A DNA stretch of 64,000 bases from Clostridia bacterium. Lineage in GTDB: Bacteria; Bacillota; Clostridia; UBA1212; DUPL01. The DNA lies in the NCBI GenBank assembly GCA_050951325.1, contig JBMNIW010000003.1, forward strand, positions 32,001 through 96,000, read 5' to 3'. A model generated the notes under the pieces. The model was given only the letters and a program-made list of their open reading frames with translations, had not been told where the DNA came from and ran no database searches. Shown one piece after another: positions 51,011 through 64,000 of the stretch (positions within the stretch are counted from its first letter, which is position 1; each line of letters begins with the position of its first letter). Made by a program: the position numbers and the translations under genes.

Positions 51011-51355
51011 TCACTTGCTGGTGTCCACGGTAAAGATGTCTGCACCACAATCCTTCTTCTTGCATACTCGCACCTTTACTGCCTTACCGTCCACCATTAT
51101 CTGCTTGTTTCCAGTTCTGGTGGGTTTGCCACATTCAGGACAAACAAGCATGACATTTGATACATGTATGGGAGCCTCTTGTGTTACAATACCACCTGTG
51201 TCATACTGACCTCTAGGCTTCTTGTGCTTTGTTACAAGGTTAACCCCCTCAACAACCACTCTATTCTGAGCAGGGAGAGCTTTTATTACTTTACCTTTTT
51301 CACCTTTGCTTTTTCCAGTGATTACGATAACTGTATCACCTTTTTTGATATGCAT
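51011..51355 (-). CDS. rplX: 50S ribosomal protein uL24
   Basis: IKKGDTV..GK KOW motif, [19 protein letters not shown]. Confidence 0.98.
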   Translation of the reverse strand: MHIKKGDTVIVITGKSKGEKGKVIKALPAQNRVVVEGVNLVTKHKKPRGQYDTGGIVTQEAPIHVSNVMLVCPECGKPTRTGNKQIMVDGKAVKVRVCKKKDCGADIFTVDTSK

Positions 51356-51369
51356 ACAACTACCTCCCC

Positions 51370-51738
51370 TTATAGTACTTCTGGAGCCAGTGATATGATT
51401 TTCATGAAATCACTGCTTCTTAGCTCACGAGCAACAGGTCCAAAAATACGGGTTCCTCTTGGATTCATGTCATCTTTTATGATAACTGCTGCGTTCTCAT
51501 CAAATCTAATGTGTGTTCCGTCAGGTCTTCTGATACCCTTCTTGGTACGAACAACAACAGCTTTGACAACTTCACCCTTTGAAACGACTCCGCCTGGAAC
51601 CGCACTCTTAACTGAACAAACTATTATATCGCCTATGTTGGCGTAACGCTTCTTGCTGCCACCAAGTACCTTAATGCACATAAGTTCCTTGGCTCCAGTA
51701 TTATCAGCGACTCTTAGTCTTGTTTGTGTTTGTATCAT
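51370..51738 (-). CDS. rplN: 50S ribosomal protein uL14
   Basis: [20 protein letters not shown]. Confidence 0.99.
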   Translation of the reverse strand: MIQTQTRLRVADNTGAKELMCIKVLGGSKKRYANIGDIIVCSVKSAVPGGVVSKGEVVKAVVVRTKKGIRRPDGTHIRFDENAAVIIKDDMNPRGTRIFGPVARELRSSDFMKIISLAPEVL

Positions 51739-51755
51739 TTACAAAACCTCCTACA

Positions 51756-52013
51756 CTACTGTGCCTTTTCAATAATCGAAACCAATCTCCATCGCTTATC
51801 CTTGCTCAGAGGTCTGGTTTCCATAACTTCAACAACATCTCCAACTTTTGCACTGTTGTCTTCATCATGTGCTTTCAACTTGTATGTTGTTTTTACTATC
51901 TTTTTGTAAAGCGGATGAGTCTTTCTGTTTTCAACCGCAACAACTATTGTCTTATCCATTTTGTCGCTAATGACTCTACCAACTCTGGTCTTTCTTATAT
52001 TTCTCTCAGCCAA
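51756..52013 (-). CDS. rpsQ: 30S ribosomal protein uS17
   Basis: [23 protein letters not shown]. Confidence 0.99.
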   Translation of the reverse strand: MAERNIRKTRVGRVISDKMDKTIVVAVENRKTHPLYKKIVKTTYKLKAHDEDNSAKVGDVVEVMETRPLSKDKRWRLVSIIEKAQ

Positions 52014-52036
52014 AACAAACTACCTCCTTCCAAGGA

Positions 52037-52252
52037 CTACTGCTCAAGGGCTGCCAGTTCTTTTTCCCTTATAATGGTCTTAACTCTGGCAATATTGCGC
52101 TTTATTACTGTTATTTCATGTGGATTATCGACATGTGATGTCGCATGCTTGAAGCGAAGCTTGAACAATTGCTCCTTCAATTCCATTTCTTCTTTTTTAA
52201 GGTCCTCCAGACTCTTTGCTCTCAAACTCTCTTTATAATCCTTAGCCTTCAT
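52037..52252 (-). CDS. rpmC: 50S ribosomal protein uL29
   Basis: [18 protein letters not shown]. Confidence 0.96.
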   Translation of the reverse strand: MKAKDYKESLRAKSLEDLKKEEMELKEQLFKLRFKHATSHVDNPHEITVIKRNIARVKTIIREKELAALEQ

Positions 52253-52682
52253 TTGCTTCACCTTCCATTTCAGCGTCACTACGCGCAATAATCTTGCACT
52301 TTATAGGAAGCTTGTGTATTGCCAATCTCAATGCTTCTCTAGCAACCTCTTCGGGTACGCCAGCAATTTCAAACATTACTCTTCCTGGTTTAACAACAGC
52401 AACCCAGTACTCTGGCGAACCTTTTCCTGAACCCATTCTTGTTTCAGCTGGCTTCTTTGTTACAGGTTTGTCGGGGAATATTTTTATCCACACCTTGCCG
52501 CCTCTTCTTGCATGACGTGTAAGAGCAATACGGGCAGCTTCAATCTGATTGCTTGTGATCCAACCACATTCCATAGCCTGTATTCCAAATTCACCATGAG
52601 CAAGTGTATTGCCACGGGAGGCTACACCCTTCATTCTGCCTCTATGAACTCTTCTGTATTTTACTCTTTTAGGTAGCAACAT
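52242..52682 (-). CDS. rplP: 50S ribosomal protein uL16
   Basis: [19 protein letters not shown]. Confidence 0.99.
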   Translation of the reverse strand: MLLPKRVKYRRVHRGRMKGVASRGNTLAHGEFGIQAMECGWITSNQIEAARIALTRHARRGGKVWIKIFPDKPVTKKPAETRMGSGKGSPEYWVAVVKPGRVMFEIAGVPEEVAREALRLAIHKLPIKCKIIARSDAEMEGEANEG

Positions 52683-53347
52683 TACGCCTCGCCTCCCTCA
52701 TTACTCTTGTTGCTTGAAGCGGGTAAAACCTCGCCTTTGTAAATCCAAACCTTAACGCCGATTTTGCCATAAGTTGTATCAGCTTCAGCAAAACCATAGT
52801 CTATGTCAGCCCTGATTGTCTGTAGAGGAATTGAACCTTCATGATAGTGTTCGGTTCTCGCTATTTCAGCACCGCCAAGACGGCCGCTTACCTGTGTCTT
52901 TATTCCAAGAGCACCTGCACGCATGGACCTGGACATTGTCTGCTTCATTGCTCTTCTAAAGGAAATTCTTCTCTCGAGCTGGCTTGCAATGTTTTCAGCA
53001 ACCAACTGTGCATCCAAATCAGGTGACTTTACTTCAAAAACATTGATGCTTACGTTACGATTGGTCATCTTCTCAATCTGAGCCTTGAGCTCATCTTTGG
53101 TCGCTCCGCCTTTGCCTATAACAATACCAGGTTTTGCAACATCTATGTTGATTATAAGTTTGTTGGCAGTGCGTTCTATTCTGATTCTGGAAATACCAGC
53201 AGAATACAAGGACTTCTTGATATGCTCTCTAACCTTTGTATCTTCAACCAGGTATTCAGCAAAATTCTTTTTGTTTGCGTACCATTTTGAATCCCAATCT
53301 TTGATTATTCCAACTCTCAGTCCGTGAGGATTAACTTTCTGTCCCAT
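52682..53347 (-). CDS. rpsC: 30S ribosomal protein uS3
   Basis: [31 protein letters not shown]. Confidence 0.99.
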   Translation of the reverse strand: MGQKVNPHGLRVGIIKDWDSKWYANKKNFAEYLVEDTKVREHIKKSLYSAGISRIRIERTANKLIINIDVAKPGIVIGKGGATKDELKAQIEKMTNRNVSINVFEVKSPDLDAQLVAENIASQLERRISFRRAMKQTMSRSMRAGALGIKTQVSGRLGGAEIARTEHYHEGSIPLQTIRADIDYGFAEADTTYGKIGVKVWIYKGEVLPASSNKSNEGGEA

Positions 53348-53360
53348 TGTTTGACCTCCT

Positions 53361-53840
53361 CTATTCTTCTCTTTCTTTAACAACAATTGTTATGTTGCTG
53401 GTACGTTTCAATATTCTCGCACCTCTACCTCTTGCAGCGGCTCTCATTCTCTTTAAAGTGGGACCTTGAGATACGTTTGCTTCGACAACATACAACAAAT
53501 CTTCATCAAGTTCGAAGTTGTTCACTGCGTTGGCTTCAGCAGACTTCAGCATTTTGTATAAAATCTCTGATGCCGCTTTTGGCGTATATCTCAAAATTGC
53601 ATATGCTTCTTTCAAGTCTTTGCCTTTTATCAAATCAAGAACAAGCTTTACTTTTCTTGGAGAGATTCTTACATAGTTAAGTCTTGCTACACCACGATCT
53701 CTACCGATACCAAGTACTTTGCGCTCTTTCTTCATCAAAACAAGAGGTTTCTTATTCTTTGGTGTCTTTGCGTAGTAGCTTTCGACAAGCTCATCTTTTC
53801 TTTCTAGCAACTCATCAGTTGACATTCTTTTTCTTTCCAT
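53361..53840 (-). CDS. rplV: 50S ribosomal protein uL22 with N-terminal extension
   Basis: [24 protein letters not shown]; GGAGG RBS before ATG 53840 supports the ~45-aa extension. Confidence 0.97.
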   Translation of the reverse strand: MERKRMSTDELLERKDELVESYYAKTPKNKKPLVLMKKERKVLGIGRDRGVARLNYVRISPRKVKLVLDLIKGKDLKEAYAILRYTPKAASEILYKMLKSAEANAVNNFELDEDLLYVVEANVSQGPTLKRMRAAARGRGARILKRTSNITIVVKEREE

Positions 53841-53856
53841 TGTCTAAACCTCCACT

Positions 53857-54141
53857 CTATCTTTTGAGACCACTTGACTTCTCTTTGTTAGCATGACCTC
53901 TGAATGTCCTAGTGGGCGCAAACTCACCTAGCTTGTGGCCTACCATTTCCTCGGTTATATACACAGGTACATGTTTCCTTCCGTCATGTACAGCTATCGT
54001 ATGTCCTACCATCTGTGGAAATATTGTAGAGGCCCTGGACCAGGTCTTTATTACCTGCTTAACATTTTTCTCATTCATTTCAATTATTCTTTTCAAGAGT
54101 TTCTCATCAACATATGGACCCTTTTTAACTGATCTGCTCAT
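53857..54141 (-). CDS. rpsS: 30S ribosomal protein uS19
   Basis: [23 protein letters not shown]. Confidence 0.99.
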   Translation of the reverse strand: MSRSVKKGPYVDEKLLKRIIEMNEKNVKQVIKTWSRASTIFPQMVGHTIAVHDGRKHVPVYITEEMVGHKLGEFAPTRTFRGHANKEKSSGLKR

Positions 54142-54153
54142 AACCTGACCTCC

Positions 54154-54990
54154 TTACTTCCTTCTTGCGCGTTTTCTGACAATCAACTCATCAGACTTCT
54201 TGTTCTTCTTACGAGTCTTGTAACCAATTGTAGGTTTGCCCCATGGAGTAACAGGACTTGGCATACCGATTGGTGACCTACCTTCACCACCACCATGTGG
54301 GTGATCGCTTGGGTTCATTGCCAAACCACGTACATGAGGTCTCTTACCCATCCATCTTGAACGACCAGCCTTGCCAATCTTCATGTTCTCGTGCTCTACG
54401 TTGCCAACCTGGCCAATGGTAGCCTTGCATGTGATTGGTACGATTCTTACTTCTCCGGAAGAAAGTCTGATTTGCGCCTCTTTGCCTTCCTTTGCAACAA
54501 GCTGAGCGCTTGTTCCAGCACTTCTAATTAGCTGTCCACCTTTTCCAGGCTTGAGCTCAATGTTGTGAATAACAGTTCCAACAGGTATTCTCTCCAGAGG
54601 AAGTGCATTTCCTACCTTGATATCTGCGTCAGGTCCTGATATTACCTTGTCTCCTACATTCAATTCTGCAGGATGAAGGATGTATCTTTTCTCACCATCA
54701 GCGTAGTGAAGGAGAGCTATATTCGCAGTTCTGTTTGGATCATACTCAATTGCAGCAACAGTAGCTGGAATACCGTCTTTGTCTCTTTTGAAATCTATAA
54801 TCCTGTAATGCTTCTTTGCACCACCGCCGCGATGACGGACAGTTATTCTTCCATAAGAATTGCGACCTGCAGTTCTTTTCTTTGGTGCAATCAAGGATTT
54901 AACCTGGGCTTTGCCAGTAATCTCTTCGAATGTATATCCAGTCATTCCTCTTCTCGATGGAGTAGTCGGATTATAAGTTTTAATCGCCAT
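54154..54990 (-). CDS. rplB: 50S ribosomal protein uL2
   Basis: [21 protein letters not shown]. Confidence 0.99.
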   Translation of the reverse strand: MAIKTYNPTTPSRRGMTGYTFEEITGKAQVKSLIAPKKRTAGRNSYGRITVRHRGGGAKKHYRIIDFKRDKDGIPATVAAIEYDPNRTANIALLHYADGEKRYILHPAELNVGDKVISGPDADIKVGNALPLERIPVGTVIHNIELKPGKGGQLIRSAGTSAQLVAKEGKEAQIRLSSGEVRIVPITCKATIGQVGNVEHENMKIGKAGRSRWMGKRPHVRGLAMNPSDHPHGGGEGRSPIGMPSPVTPWGKPTIGYKTRKKNKKSDELIVRKRARRK

Positions 54991-55004
54991 TATTATTCTC
55001 CTCC

Positions 55005-55370
55005 TTAGTTGTTGAAGCCGAAATCTTCAATCTCTGTCTTATACTTCTTTGTTACGGTAACAGTCTTACCGTCTTCAGCAAGGTATTCGATAACATCGGA
55101 AGGATCTGTATCAATCTGTACTATTGCCTTCTTCCATCTTGATGTGTATCCTACATTGAGTCCTGAAGCATCTCGGCGAGTTCTCTTCTTGCCATCGTAG
55201 CGTACGGTGTTAACCTTCAATACCTTAACGTTAAAAAGTCTTTCCACCGCTCTCTTAATATCTATCTTTGTCGCCCTTATATCAACTACAAAAGTGTACT
55301 TGCCTTCAGCTGCAAGCATTGTACTTTTTTCTGTTACGTGAGGACGGATAATGATATCGTAATCTGTCAT
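55005..55370 (-). CDS. rplW: 50S ribosomal protein uL23 (extended)
   Basis: PHVTEKS, ATKIDIK, KVNT, WKKAIV; 121 aa. Confidence 0.97.
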   Translation of the reverse strand: MTDYDIIIRPHVTEKSTMLAAEGKYTFVVDIRATKIDIKRAVERLFNVKVLKVNTVRYDGKKRTRRDASGLNVGYTSRWKKAIVQIDTDPSDVIEYLAEDGKTVTVTKKYKTEIEDFGFNN

Positions 55371-56002
55371 TATGCATACACCTCCGATACCTTGCTTAAT
55401 GCATCCTTGGTTATTATGAATTTGGAATGACGAAGGATGTCATATACGTTGATTGTATTTACATAAGCTGTTGATACGCCCTCAATGTTGCGTGATGACA
55501 GAACAACCTTGTCATTGTTTTCATCCTTCCCATTAAGAACGATTAAAGCTGTCTCATCTACATCCAAATCCTTCAACAATTGAACCATTCTCTTTGTCTT
55601 AATCTCTTCCAATTCAAGCTTGTCAATAACGATAATGTCGTCATTCTGGGCTTTTGTACTGAGTGAGGACTTAAGCGCAAGTCTCTTCAACTTCTTAGGA
55701 AGCTTTATTGAGTAATCTCTTGGTGATGGACCAAATACAACTCCACCGCCTACCCACAAAGGTGATCTGATGCTTCCATGTCTTGCACGACCGGTACCCT
55801 TTTGTCTGTATGGCTTCCTGCCTCCACCATTGACTTCGCTTCTGTCCTTGGTGGCATGGGTTCCCTGACGCTGGTTTGCAAGATAGCTTTTTACCGACAT
55901 GTGCATTGCCGGCTCATTTATTTCCACTCCAAATATATTGCTGTCAAGCTCTATCTCTTCTACGACATTACCGGACATGTCATATACTTTTACCTTTGGC
56001 AT
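55370..56002 (-). CDS. rplD: 50S ribosomal protein uL4
   Basis: [25 protein letters not shown]. Confidence 0.99.
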   Translation of the reverse strand: MPKVKVYDMSGNVVEEIELDSNIFGVEINEPAMHMSVKSYLANQRQGTHATKDRSEVNGGGRKPYRQKGTGRARHGSIRSPLWVGGGVVFGPSPRDYSIKLPKKLKRLALKSSLSTKAQNDDIIVIDKLELEEIKTKRMVQLLKDLDVDETALIVLNGKDENNDKVVLSSRNIEGVSTAYVNTINVYDILRHSKFIITKDALSKVSEVYA

Positions 56003-56022
56003 GTTAAAAATCCTCCCTTACA

Positions 56023-56652
56023 TTATGCTTTGACAGATTCTCTGATTTCGAGTAATCCGCCTCTAGGCCCTGGGACTGCACCTTTTATAAGCAAAAGGCC
56101 TCTTTCTGCATCCACTTTCACAATCTTGAGATTCTGAACAGTGACTCTTTCTCTACCCATCTGACCTGGCAGCTTTCTACCCTTGAACACTCTACCAGGA
56201 TCCGAGGTTGAACCAAGTGAACCGACACCTCTGTGATATTTTGAACCGTGTGACATTGGTCCTCTGCTCTGTCCATGTCTTTTTATTGAACCCTGGAATC
56301 CTTTACCCTTGGAAATTCCACTAACATCCACAGAGTCTCCATCGGCAAACATCTTATCAATACTGATTTCCTGACCTACTTCGAAATCATCGATTTTCTC
56401 TGTTCTGAACTCTTTCAGATATCTGTAGGCATCCATGTCAAGCTTATCGAACAGGCCTCTGTCAGGCTTGTTTAGTTTGCGTTTTTCAATCTTTTCGTAA
56501 CCTACTCTTACAGCATCGTATCCGTCGGTCTCAACTGTCTTTTTTTGTACGACAGCACATGGACCTGCTTGTACAACTGTTACTGGAATGATTACTCCTT
56601 CTTCATCAAATACTTGTGTCATTCCGACTTTTTTACCTAATATGAACTTCAT
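56023..56652 (-). CDS. rplC: 50S ribosomal protein uL3
   Basis: GKKVGMTQ, KGKGFQG, SHGS, KGAVPG. Confidence 0.99.
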   Translation of the reverse strand: MKFILGKKVGMTQVFDEEGVIIPVTVVQAGPCAVVQKKTVETDGYDAVRVGYEKIEKRKLNKPDRGLFDKLDMDAYRYLKEFRTEKIDDFEVGQEISIDKMFADGDSVDVSGISKGKGFQGSIKRHGQSRGPMSHGSKYHRGVGSLGSTSDPGRVFKGRKLPGQMGRERVTVQNLKIVKVDAERGLLLIKGAVPGPRGGLLEIRESVKA

Positions 56653-56725
56653 TAAATATACCTCCTATTGGTTATTGGTTCACAACTTTCGTGAACATTA
56701 CCGAGACACCAGTGTCTCCTAGAGC

Positions 56726-57040
56726 TTATTGCTGTACTTTTATTTCAATATCAACACCAGCTGGCAAATCCAATCTCATAAGTGCATCGATTGTTTTTGG
56801 TGTTGGCATCAAAATGTCAATAAGCCTTTTGTGAGTACGCATTTCAAATTGCTCACGCGCATCCTTATACTTATGTGGTGCACGAAGGATAGTTATAACT
56901 TCCCTCTTCGTTGGCAGAGGCACCGGACCTGATACCCTTGCACCTGTACGCTTTGCAGTTTCAACGATTTTGTGAGCTGATTGATCAAGAATCTGAAAAT
57001 CGTATGCTCTCAACTTAATTCTCATTTTTTGCTTTGCCAT
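56726..57040 (-). CDS. rpsJ: 30S ribosomal protein uS10
   Basis: [25 protein letters not shown]. Confidence 0.99.
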   Translation of the reverse strand: MAKQKMRIKLRAYDFQILDQSAHKIVETAKRTGARVSGPVPLPTKREVITILRAPHKYKDAREQFEMRTHKRLIDILMPTPKTIDALMRLDLPAGVDIEIKVQQ

Positions 57041-57112
57041 ACATAAACCTCTCTTTCATTTGGTACGTACTGCCTACTTTGTACACTATGCCGTGTGTTT
57101 CATATTGCCTCT

Positions 57113-57155
57113 AAAAAAACGAATCGAAATATCCACCTGCGATGGATTTCAATTC
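57113..57155 (-). terminator. Candidate attenuator terminator in the S10 leader
   Basis: GAAUUGAAAU-CCA..UGG-(AU)-AUUUCGAUUC then a U-rich tract, ~70 nt before rpsJ. Confidence 0.55.
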
Positions 57156-57191
57156 ATTGAAAATGAAACCACTACATAAGTGTCTTTGTGA

Positions 57192-57287
57192 TTTGACGCC
57201 CGTTTTCAGTGAATCGGACATTCTCCACATGAGTTACCCGCATGTTTGCGGCAATCTCTTGCTTCATAGTCTGTCAAACCACAGCCT
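57192..57287 (-). ncRNA. Clostridial-type S10 operon leader RNA
   Basis: GGCUGUG..AUGAAGCAAGAGAUUGCCGC..GCGGGUAACUC..GGAGAAUGUCCG..CGGGCG; GC-rich nested stems directly after the promoter. Confidence 0.7.
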
Positions 57288-57291
57288 GCAT

Positions 57292-57320
57292 ATTATACAT
57301 CTTTTCTCTAATATGCGCAA
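57292..57320 (-). promoter_or_regulatory. SigA promoter of the S10 operon
   Basis: TTGCGC(57315-57320)-17-TATAAT(57292-57297). Confidence 0.75.
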
Positions 57321-57376
57321 GACATGGAAATGTAAATTTTTTATTAATACACAGATTTAAAAATTTGCATAAAAAA

Positions 57377-57494
<118 letters not shown>

Positions 57495-57601
57495 GTCTGA
57501 TGTGACATGTTTATGCCACATTGACAATCGAACAACTACCGATATATATACGAATGATGTCTTACTCAATCTTCAACGATTGTGTCTTGTTCGTTTATTT
57601 T

Positions 57602-60510
<2,909 letters not shown>

Positions 60511-60649
60511 ATGTTCTCTCTCCGTCTAGATTGAGTAATCCTAAGAGTAATTTATTATTTACCCTTTCGGCTTCATCATATATATATCTTCGTTATTCGA
60601 TTGTCAATGTTCATAAACATTTCAATTTACTTGACCAATTTTATTGGTC

Positions 60650-60725
60650 TGGTGGAGATAATGAGATTCGAACTCATGACCCCCTGCTTGCAAGGCAGGT
60701 GCTCTCCCAACTGAGCTATACCCCC
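60650..60725 (-). tRNA. tRNA-Ala (UGC)
   Basis: GGGGGUAUAGCUCAGUUGGGAGAGCACCUGCCU-UGC-AAGCAGGGGGUCAUGAGUUCGAAUCUCAUUAUCUCCACCA; 76 nt, encoded CCA. Confidence 0.98.
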
Positions 60726-60776
60726 ATATTTATCTAAACAGCGTATCTGTACTTTCGTTCACTTAAAGGAATTACT

Positions 60777-62331
<1,555 letters not shown>

Positions 62332-62410
62332 TATCTTCAAACTAAAAATTTGTTAGCTCTTTACGTTTCCAGTTTAACTGGCTTGTTTCTAAATTAACTC
62401 ATAAGAATTA

Positions 62411-62448
62411 AACGAGTTACATGATACGCTGTTTAGTTTTCAATGTGC
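62411..62448 (-). promoter_or_regulatory. rrn leader: boxA-like element and 5' arm of the 16S processing stalk
   Basis: GCACATTGAAAAC boxA-like; 62411-62435 is the inverted complement of 60735-60759. The 23S stalk pairs ~60592-60610 with ~57518-57536. Confidence 0.75.
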
Positions 62449-62471
62449 TGCTGTCGTTGGACAGCTCGATT

Positions 62472-62500
62472 AGTATAGCACCTAAAAAAGTGTTTGTCAA
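62472..62500 (-). promoter_or_regulatory. rRNA operon promoter
   Basis: TTGACA(62495-62500)-17-TGcTATACT(-10 at 62472-62477); AT-rich upstream. Confidence 0.85.
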
Positions 62501-62528
62501 CCATGATTTTAAAAATTTTCGATATTTT

Positions 62529-63455
62529 TCACTGGGAATTTTCCTCATTTTGTTCAAGCTTCATTGTATCGAGAATTTCTATCATGAAATCAATTGCCTT
62601 CTCCTTATTCATACTGGTTCTGGCAATAGTCAGTATCATAACCTTCTCCTGTCCCTTGTCCACATCATGCAGCCACTCTAGGGACGTGCCATCAAAAAAC
62701 GTCGTATTTGTTACATCAACACCGTAAACAGCTTCTACAGGCTGCATTCCCTCTTCGATGTCCGGATTGAGCTTGTAATCAAACTTTCTCAAAGAGTCAT
62801 ACCATTCCCTGTCGGAATACTCTTTTAGAATATCATCCAGAGCAAGAAAAGCTCCTTGCCTAACATACGCATCATAGCTTTCCTTATCTAATAAAATGAC
62901 ATCAAGATTTTTACCAACCATAAGCTGCGACAGAAACGATGTAGCCTGGCTTTGAACCGCAGGTGTTAACTGGGTCTCAGTGGTTACCGTGAAAAAGGAT
63001 ATTACAGGGTATTTTGTAACTTTTGATCTTTTCACTATCTCCTCATTGAAATCCGTAGGATTCGCAACACTGAACGCACCTACAAACTTGATTCCAAAAT
63101 CGGTCTTTCGATTGTCCCTGTACTGAAGAATAAACAAAGTACCCATGGCCAGCAGTAAGATTACCGCAAAAATCGCAAAATAGTACTGGCTGAGATGTGC
63201 CTGTATTATTTCAAATCTTTTTCGCACGCTGTATGGAATGATGGATGTTGGGTTATCATCCTCAAGATTTTGATTCTTCCCTGTAAGCTCGTTATAGGCT
63301 TTGGTGATGGCTCTGTAATATTCCAGATCCTCGTAAGTTTGTCCTTTTTCGTCTACTCTCTTTTTATACTGCCGTATAAGAGCACCGTATTTTCTTTCAA
63401 CATCTTCCAGGGTTGCATTTTCAGGAAGTCCCAACACCTCATAGTTGCTTTTCAC
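62529..63455 (-). CDS. J-domain-like (no HPD) membrane protein with extracellular solute-binding-like domain
   Basis: NYEVLGL..ATLEDVERKY..ITKAYNEL; one TM; LDVILLD..Y..QGAFLALDDIL; start GTG 63455 or TTG 63473. Confidence 0.75.
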   Translation of the reverse strand: MKSNYEVLGLPENATLEDVERKYGALIRQYKKRVDEKGQTYEDLEYYRAITKAYNELTGKNQNLEDDNPTSIIPYSVRKRFEIIQAHLSQYYFAIFAVILLLAMGTLFILQYRDNRKTDFGIKFVGAFSVANPTDFNEEIVKRSKVTKYPVISFFTVTTETQLTPAVQSQATSFLSQLMVGKNLDVILLDKESYDAYVRQGAFLALDDILKEYSDREWYDSLRKFDYKLNPDIEEGMQPVEAVYGVDVTNTTFFDGTSLEWLHDVDKGQEKVMILTIARTSMNKEKAIDFMIEILDTMKLEQNEENSQ

Positions 63456-63469
63456 TTCAATCACCCATG

Positions 63470-64000
<531 letters not shown>

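Noticed and set aside
52484-52492. DnaA-box match TTATCCACA
   Set aside because: Single copy within the rplP coding sequence, no cluster

Overview
Core-genome window of a low-GC, spore-forming Clostridia-type Firmicute, almost entirely on the minus strand. In transcription order (right to left): 3' end of lysS; an HPD-less J-domain membrane protein; one rRNA operon (16S-tRNA-Ala-23S-5S); the S10-spc-alpha ribosomal protein cluster with secY/adk/map/infA/rpoA; ecfA1A2T; nnr-alr-antitoxin-mazF; a small sporulation patch (SASP, DUF378, ytxC); a DNA glycosylase; 6S RNA; cysE-cysS-sigH; a ~8 kb accessory patch (19.3-27.1 kb: XRE/AbrB regulator + ABC exporter, two metallophosphoesterase lipoproteins, gpsA, membrane and SLH-like proteins); rpsF-ssb-rpsR-MazG-like-gdpP-rplI-dnaB-tilS-hpt-ftsH; recD2-comF; ABC-F; rex-fusA2; ctsR-mcsA-mcsB-clpC (truncated). 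I found no mobile element, CRISPR array or defence island, and no clearly new multi-gene system. The best leads are an unannotated 34-aa membrane peptide between ftsH and recD2, an A1409-U1491 decoding-site variant and extended h44 tip in 16S, insertions in several ribosomal proteins around the exit tunnel, structured RNAs in the S10 and rpsM leaders, and conserved-looking proteins of unknown function. Family names come from motif recognition by eye, not from database searches.
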